A stretch of 63,535 nucleotides of DNA, the filler included, from Octopus bimaculoides (lineage: Eukaryota): assembly GCF_001194135.2 (NCBI RefSeq). It is 7 parts of 6 records of this genome, joined end to end, with 100 filler letters (N's around TTAATTAATTAA, not from the genome) between each part and the next. Parts side by side here need not be neighbours in the genome. Positions count along the whole stretch, not along the records: positions 1 to 17,098 come from NC_068981.1; 6 more parts are not named here. One strand, 5' to 3'. The notes below the pieces were generated by a model. The model saw only the letters and a list, made by a program, of their open reading frames with translations. It was not told where the DNA came from and made no database searches. Numbering within the stretch: position 1 is the first letter of the stretch; every line of letters begins with the position of its first letter. Made by a program: the position numbers and the translations under genes. This document shows positions 1 through 9,600 of this stretch, in pieces.

Positions 1-69
<69 letters not shown>

Positions 70-77
70 ATATATAT

Positions 78-388
78 GCACGTGGTTTAGTGGTTAGGGT
101 ATTTGGCTCATGATCGCCAGGTCGTGAGTTCAATTCCCGGCGACGCATTGTGTCCTTGAGCAAGACTTTGTTTCACGTTGCTTCAATCCACTCAGCTGGC
201 AAAAATGAGCAGTACATTTCACACTGTGTGTCACACTGTGTGTCACACTGAATCTCCCAGAGAACTACGTTAAAGATACACGTGTTTGTGGAGTACTTAG
301 CCATATGCACGTTAATTTCAGGAGCACGCTGTTCTGTTGATCGGAGAAACTGGAGCTCGTCATCGTCGTAACCGATGGAGTGCCAGGT
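78..388 (+). mobile_element. tRNA-derived SINE with CORE-like central segment
   Basis: A box TGGTTTAGTGG and B box GAGTTCAATTC, then TGTGTCCTTGAGCAAGAC (CORE/MIR-like). Flanked by (TA)n/(TATG)n. A head fragment of the same type lies at about 49180-49260. Confidence 0.75.
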
Positions 389-923
389 GTATGTATGTAT
401 GTATGTATGTATGTATGTATGTATGTATGTATGCAAGTTAGTAGATTCAGTTCTCTGACGCTACTGGATTTGATGTATATATAACTGGATTAGATGCTAG
501 TCTCTCTGAGATAGATCCAATGATGTACACACTGATGTTCCCTCCCTGAAATTGATTAAGGCTATTCATAAGGTTTTCAACCTACGGAGAAACAGGTAAA
601 TTTGATGTGTTTGTATGTTTTCACATAGTTTTGGAAATATTTTAATACTGTGTGGAGTGGGCTCCTCATTGATAGGTCTCTGATATTAAATTAAATCATA
701 AACTTATAATACACAGATTATTGACTCCAGTATATGTAAACGGATAAGTTACTTGTTTCTATCAGATCGACCAAAGGATTTAGAGACCTCTGGTGAAGCC
801 CCGATGAGCCTCGACAATCGATTAAGACTGTTCATAATATTTTTTTCTCGAGATATAAGCAGCGTTGACATTTTAGTGTGTTTTCATATCTATCNNNNNN
901 NNNNATATATATATATATATATA

Positions 924-3234
924 AAATAAGATTTACGTTAAAAAAGCACAGAAATCTTGTTTGTGTAGATAAAGATTATTTAATCCATTACAATATGTAC
1001 AGAGTCGACCGGTTTCGCTTCGCTAACCATGATTCAATGTTATGAAATCGTAATAACGTTTTGATTCAATCTTGCGTAGAAGGAGGTATGATACAGTTTT
1101 GAGGTTATACAGGAGAGTATAACTCGAGGGGGATAATCAGTGAATCTAATGTTATTTTAGCTAAAGGGATAATCAGTGGATATAATATTTCTTAGCTAAG
1201 GGGCGGTAAATTTTTTCCCCTTTTTTCTTGTTGTTTTTTTATTTGTGAAGTCCATTACATATTCATGTTAAGTTCTGGTTTGTATTTTTCAATAAATGTA
1301 GCCTCTTTATTTAGTCGTTGTTGAGTTAAAGTCCTTTAAGTGCATTGGTATAGTGGGAATATTGTGAATTGCGATCGGCGTTCCTTAGCACATCTGTCTG
1401 TGACCACTGAGTGGTATTTGACGGTATTGGGGTGGTAGATTTGTTGTTTGTGTAGTGTAGATCTATGTCTTAGGGACATTCCTGTTGAACCTATACAGTT
1501 CCTACTGCAGCTGGAATATGTTATGACATAGATGAGATTTTCAGAGGCGCAAGTGAAGTCCGTTTTAATTTAAAATTTTTGTCTTTGTTTAAAATAGAAT
1601 TCTGAAATTACAAATAAGATTGAGGTAAAATTAGTAAGAAATTTTAGACAACATGCAAAAATTAGCCCTTTGGGATAATTCCAGTAATGTTGTTTGTCGG
1701 TTCGTTAGATTATTAAACAAAAAAGAGTTTCAAGAATCCTATATCGATAATTATTACGTATCATTATCTCGTATTCTTTTAAATAAGGCTATCACATTCG
1801 TTAAGAAAATTATGAAGTTATTCCAGTTTGAAATTGACGTTCTACTCACAGTTGGAAATACCTCGATTCTACTATTAGGTTAGCTTGGCGAGAAAATCTA
1901 GACCAGAAAATTTCGACATTGTAATCGATTTTTCGGACTCGGCTCAGTCAACAGACCAATGGGGCTTATACTTTTGGTGCCACTTGAACAAATCTTTTTC
2001 AAATTTAGGTGCTGGTGAATATAAGGATGATGCACCGTTAACTGTATTGAGTAAAAACACTCTGGCTCGGAAAGGAGTAGGAAGAGAATCCATAAATTCT
2101 TTAAGGATTTCGGTCTAAGAATTTATTTCAAGAACAATATTAAGGTAGCTAATTTCCTAGGTATAAAGCTTGACCTTAGGTCTGAGCTTTATTATTCTCT
2201 TCATAAGTCAAACGAATCTTTACAATATGTCCATAGATCCTTCTGTTACTCTAAATCTGTCAATCAGAGTCTGGTTAATAATATTTTCATTAAATTTTCA
2301 AACCACTCGGCTAGTGAGTGTTGAAATAATGCAGAGTATCATAATGAGACCTCAGCTGGGAGCATTTATAGTAAAAATTAGACACTGTACTGAGACTACA
2401 TTAAAACAAGTCATAAACTATTGTTCTTATTTCCATGTCATTTCAATAGTCTTAACATTAACATTAGCAGTAGGGTAGGAATAGGTGTAGGATAACTAAG
2501 AGGCGATACATGCCTAACTGACAAATAGTATAACCTAATGACTTAGTTCATAAGAATATATAATATGCATAAGAATCAGCACCACCATTCCGATCGAAGC
2601 TAAATTCCAGACATCCCACTTACTAATATTTTCTGTCTATATAGGAGTGTATGCACGCTTTACCTGCGGATACCTGCTGGGTGCCTGTATTCACTCTTGT
2701 ATATACCTAACTGATACGGACTTACCTTTTGATGTCTACTGTTTTTAAATTATAAAATATACCCGAGGGAAGTACAGAGCTTTATATTTTAACTCTAAAT
2801 AGTGTTAAATCTTTTAAAGTCTTATCATTGATTTTTAACCGATGGACTACTTTATTGTACCTCATTTCTTTATTTTATTTTATTTTATATCGACCTATAT
2901 TATATATTTCAAATTTTTAATCGTATTAATTTTAACTTCAACTTGATTCGGAGCTTATATGAAATGATATATGTGTACTGTGTTATACCTTTAACTCAAA
3001 TTTATTTGTATGTTATCGGTTGAAATAATATATTCGTTCTATTTCTTGCATCTTACTTCTTATATATTTCTTATTCTTCTATTTATTTTATTTTCTTACG
3101 TTATCTTTCTTACGTTATTCTTATATCTTTTTATTCCTTATGTTTGTTGGATTATGTTGTATCTCTTATATGTGTTCATTGAGGGGGTGTGATATGTTGA
3201 GTCGTTAACCCAGCGTTTTTTTATTCTATAACTA

Positions 3235-3240
<6 letters not shown>
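924..3240 (-). mobile_element. Penelope-like retroelement, internally deleted (N-terminal region plus GIY-YIG, no RT core seen)
   Basis: GIY-YIG at 1255-1572. Degenerate N-terminal-like peptide (YYKCSQLRSHYDTLHYFNTH*PSGLKI) at about 2290-2385. Half hammerhead GCGAAACCGGTCGACTCT at about 1000-1020 (minus). Bounded by (TA)n at both ends. Confidence 0.7.
1255..1572 (-). pseudogene. PLE GIY-YIG endonuclease remnant
   Basis: Manual translation: IKTDFTCASENLIYVITYSSCSRNCIGSTGMSLRHRSTLHKQQI...FTIFPLYQCT*RTLTQQRLNKEATFIEKYKPELNMNM*. Shows the LIY/CIG motif pair, catalytic R, H and E, and the P-x-LN end. One internal stop. Confidence 0.85.
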
Positions 3241-3270
<30 letters not shown>

Positions 3271-3272
<2 letters not shown>

Positions 3273-4215
3273 GTCCCTTTCGCTTGGGCATTATCTGAAA
3301 GTGTTCGGTCTGCTTTCTTTTTCTCGTGCTAGTTCTACGGGACTCTATAACATTTGGTACCGGTACATCGCAGAAGTTTTTTTATTGCAAACAGACCATA
3401 TACCTTTGCTGTCGATTTATGCGTCTAAAAAAGAGTTACTGATTCATACTGCGAACCGCCTGCAACGTTAGGGTGTAATATTACTAAAATTGCCTTCGCT
3501 ACCTCCACAACTTGGGATTCTATGTCCATGGAGGCAATGACAACTCTTTGTTCAATAGTGTCATCAACCATAACAGACTTAAAGCTTAATATTTCAGAAA
3601 ATTGCTCAATCACTGTTGATTTAATGAAGAAAAAAAGAATGGAGTGAATCTTAGAAAATATAGGAATCGATGCTGACCCTTTGTTTACCTCATGAACTGA
3701 CAGAGCTTCTTAAATTAATTTGCTTCAGTAGCAGTTTGATATCTCTAGAAAGAGTTTCCTTGTAAGTACTCTACAACTGCCTGAGTGCTATCTGCCGTTC
3801 CGGATATACATTATCGTAATAAAGAAGCACTAAAGAAGCACTAGAGAATTCATCACACTCTTGGACATTAAAGAGTTAATGTTTTGTCAAAGATATGCCA
3901 CCTATATGCTGATCAGTGACTCCGTACTACCAACCCGTCAAGTCTACACGTGTCACCGATGCTGGAAGACTTTATGAAAAAAGAAAGAAGGTAAGTCAGT
4001 AATAACTGTACAGAGTTTAGGTCCCATAAGTTTTGCATAAACACCAAATAGACCCTTTCTACTCTATTAGCATAAACTAGAGTCTAATCTTGGTAAGATA
4101 TCTGGCAGGGAAATGTGGAGGAATCATGATTTTGAGAGAGCTCTGCAGATTCTCTAAATAGCTCGACACCTGGACATGCTTTCATGAAAGCGAAGGGGTA
4201 TCTCATTCCCCACGC
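3271..4215 (-). mobile_element. Highly decayed PLE reverse-transcriptase remnant
   Basis: Short RT-like peptides (RVVIASMDIES; GSTESLIS) and a degenerate hammerhead-like end CAGATAATGCCCAAGCGAAAGGGAC next to (TA)n. Many stops. Confidence 0.35.
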
Positions 4216-4334
4216 TATATAACTATACATACATATATATGTATGTATATACATACATTTAATATGCACACATATATGCGTTTTGGCAACAGCTTGAAAA
4301 TTCTACAAAAATAGTAATATTGACTTCAAAATTT

Positions 4335-4535
4335 GGTACAAGGCCAGCAATTTCGGGAAAGCAAGTAAGTCGATTACATAGACCCCAATAAGACCCCTGC
4401 TACTTATTTTATCGATCAATGAGGAAAGGCAAAATCAACCTCGGCGGAATTTGAGCTCAGATCGTGAAGATGGACGAAATAGCGCAAAGCATTTAGTCCG
4501 GCTAGCTAATAATTCTGCCATGTAGCTGCCTTGCA
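4335..4535 (-). mobile_element. SINE family A copy
   Basis: Diverged reverse complement of the full copy at 7143-7358. Confidence 0.75.
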
Positions 4536-5356
4536 GAAATAGTAATATCTCACAAGAAAAGAATGGGGAAGTGCTTAACACCAGTCCGTCGCCCTTTGTA
4601 TGTCATATAGTAATACTAAAATAGTATATACTAAACAGCAAAAATAAATGCATCAACCTAGTGCCTCAAAAAGAAAAGAACAATGTTCGAGTTGGTAGAG
4701 AACACCTCAAGAAGTACTTTCTTCCCGTTGATCAACCGTGTGACTTCGTAATTGCTAGGCTAGCGTTCTTCAACAAAAAACTACAAAAGAAAAACTCTGC
4801 ATATAAAAAAAAATGCAAGAAAGAAAAGAAAGACCATGCACATGTATCCTTTTCAAAAAAATGCGGAGGGTTCTAACTGACAGGAAGTATAGCTTCTCTT
4901 GGAATGAGACCGGTAGATTAAGTCACATTTTGAAAACTAGACTTTTGCGATCAAAGTGCAGAAGACAGCCACAAAATATTAAACAAACAAAAGAGAAAAC
5001 GAAGCTTTTAAACCCCAAGATATAGCCGAAAAGTTGTCTGGAAAATGAGATTAAGGTACTATATAGAAAAGCAGTATAATGCTGTTGCTATCTTATAGAA
5101 AGACCAGCACAGAAATAAATATAGAACTTACTTTTGTCGTTGAATATATTCATACATACATATTAATACATTCAATGCAAAGAGTATTGATGGAACATTT
5201 CCGGTAAAACCAAACGCAAGCATATTATGTTTGATGTTTGGAAAAAAATTACATGTAGTTATAACGATCACCTGTCCGAGATTACTTTCAAAATCAGCAA
5301 GAAAGAAAAATGTTTGAGAACAACTATTATTGATGCACTTGGTTTACTTGGCTAGC

Positions 5357-5560
5357 TTTTATCTTCTCTTTGTTTCCTTCATTAGATTGCGGCCATCCTG
5401 AGGTACTGTCTTGAAGAATTTTTAGTCGAACGAATCCACCCCAGTCCTTAAATGTTTTGCTAAGCCTGGTAATTATTCTATCAGCCTCTTTTTGCCGAAC
5501 CGCTATATCATGGGGACGTAAACACACCAAAACCGGTTGTTAAGTGGTAGTAGGAAATAA

Positions 5561-5598
<38 letters not shown>

Positions 5599-5760
5599 GA
5601 CGGGCTTCTTTCTTTCAGTTTCCATCTACCAAATCCACTCACAGGTCTTTAGTCAGCCTGTGGTTGTTATAGTAGAAGACACTTGCCTAAGGTTCTACGC
5701 AGTGTGACTGAATCCGAAACCATGTGATTGGGAAGCAAGCTTCTTACCACGTCAGCCCCT
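5357..5760 (-). mobile_element. Composite SINE family B (tRNA/CORE head + internal microsatellite + tail)
   Basis: Head 5598-5760, (CA)n 5563-5597, tail 5357-5560. Same layout as 18825-19285, 33289-33697 and 60965-61395. Confidence 0.8.
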
Positions 5761-6242
5761 ATGTTAGTAAATATCTTGAAAGACTGGGTTTTCGGGCAAA
5801 AAATTGACCAGTAACATGCACTTTACAAATACAATCCGCAACCGAACCTTAGAAAGACGTGACACTTTTCTAAAGTTTGACATGTAACTCTTCCCCATCA
5901 TTATTCCAGCGATGAAGTTTTGTTTGTTCCTTAGAAACCAGGCCATTATTTATAGGGGAAATTCAAATGGTTAAAAAATAGTAGTGTTTTGTTAAGCAAT
6001 CTCATATGGCGGTTCTTCATTTATGAGAAGAATTTGAGTCTCCTCATTGAACTGATAAATCATTTGGGAACATGTGAGGATTGGTTCAGATCACTCGACA
6101 GCTAAAAGAAGCCACTTGCTTAATTTGGCATAAAAATTTTGCAAAACGCAGATGTGAGTGTGTTTTTAAAAAGTTCACTTTGTATAAACGTAGATCCTAG
6201 ATCCATTCCATTCTGTGGTACTTTCTGCATGACCATCATATA

Positions 6243-6277
<35 letters not shown>

Positions 6278-6299
6278 ATATACATAAATAGCGAGATAG

Positions 6300-6605
6300 A
6301 TATCTTTTATCTTTTATCATTTATTTGTTTCCGTCATTGACTGCAGCCATGCAGAGGCACCGCTTTGAAGGGTTTAGTTAAACAAATCTACTCCAGTGCT
6401 TATTTTTTAAGCTGGCAGGATCGTTAGCAGGCTGGGCAAAATGCTTAACAGCATTTCGTCCGTCTTTACGTTCTGAGTTCAAATTTCGTCGAGGTTGACT
6501 TTGCCTTTCACTCTGTCGAAGACGATAAAATAAGTTAAGCACTGGAGTCAATGTTATCGACTTTCCCCTTTCCCCAAATTGCTAGCCTTGTGCAATAATT
6601 TTAAA
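6300..6605. mobile_element. Family B tail fragment (-) interrupted by a family A SINE (+, 6411-6605)
   Basis: TTGTTTCCGTCATTGACTGCAGCCATGC...CCAGTGCTTATTTTTTAA followed directly by GCTGGCAGGATCGTTAGC...GAGTTCAAATT...GGTTGACTTTGCCTTTCA. Confidence 0.75.
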
Positions 6606-6644
6606 CAAATACATTACCCGTAAAAATAAACATTTTAAATTTAT

Positions 6645-7110
6645 TATTTTATTGGCCACAAGGGCTAATATAAATTATACATAAAAGACAACACAATACG
6701 ATACAAAGGGTTTTCCCATTCGTGTAAACATTAAATAATAAACATTTTTAATGGAACATGTTCATTCAGATAAAAAATTCTAACATACCAGATATCTCAA
6801 AATTAGATGCTATAAATCTTTTAGTGTTTGTATTTACACAATCACGTTGAGCATAAAGATGTCACTCCAAGATGATCTGATTCCTATCTCAAACATTTAA
6901 TATATCTGAGAAAATGTAGAAAGAAAGTTTCTTCGGCCCCGGACCCTAACCCAGCTCACTGCTATCAGGTTGGAGATGGCTATCCGTAAGAGTGCGCCCT
7001 GTAAGTCAGAGTGGCTGTTCCAGCGTATCTTCTTTGCCACCCTCCGGAGCAACACCTTTTCCATTTTGTATGATGGGAGCATGAGGTATCTGACAAGCCC
7101 TTTTAGATAT
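6645..7110 (-). mobile_element. 3' end of an L1/Tx1-type LINE
   Basis: ORF2 C-terminus-like peptide (ORF 6897-7082), then a 3' UTR ending AGCCCTTGTGGCCAATAAAA, as in the Tx1 tail region near 62.6-62.7 kb. Confidence 0.5.
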
Positions 7111-7142
7111 TTCTTTGCTATGAGGAATATTTAAACTTATTT

Positions 7143-7358
7143 AGGGCGGCGAGCTGGCAGAAACGTTAGCACGCAGAGCGAAACGCTTATCAGTATTTCG
7201 TCTGTTCTTGCATTCTGAGTTCAAATCCCGCCGCGGTCGACTTTGCCCTTCATCGTTTCGGGGTCGATAAAGTAAGTACCAGTTGCGTACTGGGATCGAT
7301 CTAATCAACTGGCTCCCTCCCCCAAAACTTCGGGTCTTGTACCTAGATTAGAAAAGAA
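7143..7358 (+). mobile_element. Full-length SINE family A (tRNA-derived) with target-site duplication
   Basis: Head GGGCGGCGAGCTGGCAGAAACGTTAGC, B box GAGTTCAAATC, central GTCGACTTTGCC...GGGGTCGATAAAGTAAGTACCAG, tail CCTAGATTAGAAAAGAAT. Flanked by GAATATTTAAACTT / GAATATTCAAACTT. Confidence 0.9.
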
Positions 7359-7379
7359 TATTCAAACTTGTAGAATATT

Positions 7380-8317
7380 TACAAAAAGAATATAAAAAGC
7401 AAACGAATGATAGGATACATTCATTATTGTAGATTATAACAATAATTACGTTCTGATAACTGCCTCCCTATGTCTTCACCTCAATATGTCCACAGAAGAT
7501 GAGAATGAAATCCATTACTGACTTAACGTAAAAAGAGAAAGTAAACAAACGTTGTCTCTATGTAGAGAAAAAAAATGAGTAAAAACGGATGTATCTATCC
7601 CATTTCAGCACCCAGAAACCATTGAGTGTAGATTCATTGAAATACATCTGGATAGTATGATAAAAATTAATTTTGAAAAACTTGGTCAAGTACTTCTACT
7701 TGTAAAATAAATTACAATATTGATTTCTTCCATTGTAAAGCACTTTCCCACCGGATGTCCATGCATTTACAAAAAGGAAACATTACACAATATGAGATAA
7801 AACAAGATTGTAAAACAGTACTTAATGATACACCTACTTTATATGGAACTCCTTAAAAAAGAGATCTGTAGCAAAACACTACAGAACAATGAACATACTT
7901 GAGGTGCACACATATAACAATGATCGCTTTCAGTTTTCTGAAAATTATGGATATGTAAAATAAATAGATAAATAAAAATGTGTTTACTTAAAAATTTGTT
8001 TTAAAAACACAAATGTTCTAAATCACTCAAGCAATAAAGAAAGCCCACTCCCTGACTACTAAAATTAGTGTATCTGAGAAACAGCTATCCTTAAACCTTG
8101 TATATGATTAATTACTAACACAGGCACAAATCTTCGAATTTTGTTAGACAAATTTGTATGTCAAAAACTACAATGGCGTGTCATGAGTTATTCTTATAGC
8201 ACTTCTTCAAAACTCATCACCAGTGATGAATTTTCCAAGGCGATGATGTGCCCTTCCGTAACAACAGAGATTAAAATTCGTTGGCAGATTTCAAAACGAT
8301 TTATTTGTGCAATTCTG

Positions 8318-8320
<3 letters not shown>
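7380..8320 (+). mobile_element. Highly decayed PLE RT remnant
   Basis: TPTLYGTP (cf. P-x-LYGLPK-x-HK) at about 7830, and SPLP near the expected MGSPLS position. Many stops and frameshifts. Confidence 0.4.
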
Positions 8321-8339
<19 letters not shown>

Positions 8340-8352
<13 letters not shown>

Positions 8353-8500
8353 GAAATTTATAGAAAACAAAAGACAAAGACAGGTGTATGAACAACAAGC
8401 AAATGTAGTAGTTTGATGCTCGGGAAAATGAAAACCTCTTTTACGTTTCGGGCCTACGCTCTTCAGCAGAAAGGAATAAGAGAAAATAAACAGATATATA
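8340..8500 (-). mobile_element. Short (TA)n-associated repeat with a hammerhead-like core (copy 1 of 3)
   Basis: CTGAAGAGCGTAGGCCCGAAACGTAAAAGA on minus. Related copies at 26160-26335 (+) and 38975-39140 (-). Confidence 0.7.
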
Positions 8501-9600
8501 TATATAAGCAGTTAAGTCTATGTCCGGTCATAGACTGACCAATGGTTTCGCATCCACAAGGCCTTAGCCCTGTGAATGTCTCGTCAGATTTTAAAGCCGA
8601 AGACAAATGTAACTCTTCACCTCTGGGAAGCAGGAATTCGTTATGGTCATTTGGTCAGCTAGTCACCAAAGAATAAATAGCCCGTGGTCAGTGAGGACGG
8701 ATTATCTCCCTTAGACCAGTTTTTTGTGGGCCAAAAGTGGGAAAACAAGGGATTTACCCCTTGGGCTTCTTTTAGATCGTAAGGACCTTTCGGGTCTAAT
8801 CGAAAAACGAAGAATCCCATACTTGCAACATGTAGCGTCTGAAATGGATGCAAGGAATGTAAATTTCCTGGCGAGTGTTCAGTGATCCAGGTTTCAGGGA
8901 GTCTTTGAGTATCCTTGCTTGCTCGGCTATACAAAGGGTCCCGGCCTCTCTAAGATCCTTCGCTTGATATCGTATGGGAGTCCCTTCATCTTTGAGGCGC
9001 CACACGTGGATACCAGGGATGTGACGAATAGTCTTTCTGGGATCTTGAAAGAGGATCTGTGGTTTTAGAGGCGTCACTTGAAGGCAGTCCCGGCTGACAC
9101 AATATATTTCCAGGTTTGAGCGCTGGTTGTGCTCACATTACTGGCACATCTTTAGTTGGCTCCGGTCCTGGAGATGTTGTTGCCACCAGTGTTGCAGGGG
9201 CTGCTACTGGTGTGGTTATCATTATGAGGCGTGGGTCCTGCGATATTGCTGTGGCTGTTGTCATTGTGGTCGCAATAGTGATGTGGGTACTGTCGCTGGT
9301 AATATTAGACGCGGGGCCGGTAGTCTTGCTAGTGTCGGCATGGTCATCCTCTCAGGCCCTAGTGCTGGTATTTCTGCCGCTGTCGCTACTACTGATACCG
9401 TCGATGATGTTGGATAATCCGTTGCTGGTATTACCATGATTGCTAGGTCTGGCTATCACCACAGCCACATTGATGACTCCCTCGCCCTCACATTGGCCTC
9501 CCACTGGACAGTTATTCTTCCCCCTGCAAGAACAGCCGACCTCCTCCCGAGTTTTATGGGTGTTAGCTAATATACTTTTCATGTTGGGTACACAAGAAAA
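8500..9600 (-). mobile_element. 5'-truncated PLE of Naiad-like type (linker + GIY-YIG + 3' region with hammerhead)
   Basis: FSCVPNMKSILAN...GCSCRGKNNCPVGGQC (CxCx5Cx5C) EGEGVINVAV; later TWKYIVSAGTAFK*RL*NHRSSFK; then HVWRLKDEG...LCIAEQARI...SLNTRQEIYIPCIHFRRY. Frameshifted. Confidence 0.8.
8530..8595 (-). ncRNA. Hammerhead ribozyme motif (type I, short stem III)
   Basis: Core CTGACGA (8587-8581), stem II CATTCACA/TGTGGATG, then GAAAC-CATTG-GTC with a GUC cleavage triplet at 8539-8537. Stem I pairing is poor. Confidence 0.65.

Noticed and set aside
2655-4000. Consensus splice donors (AAG|GTAAGT at about 2721 minus and about 3991 plus)
   Set aside because: No matching acceptor or coding exon could be defined; such words occur by chance in AT-rich DNA.
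4655-5330. Possible LINE RT remnant (ORFs 4661-4876, 4813-5025)
   Set aside because: Only vague resemblance to RT motifs; I could not anchor a diagnostic motif.
8600-8800. SECIS element behind the Naiad-like ORF, and Sec reading of its TGA codons
   Set aside because: No AUGA/GA quartet with an AA loop was found by eye. TAA stops and frameshifts also occur, and CGA-to-TGA decay explains the TGAs.
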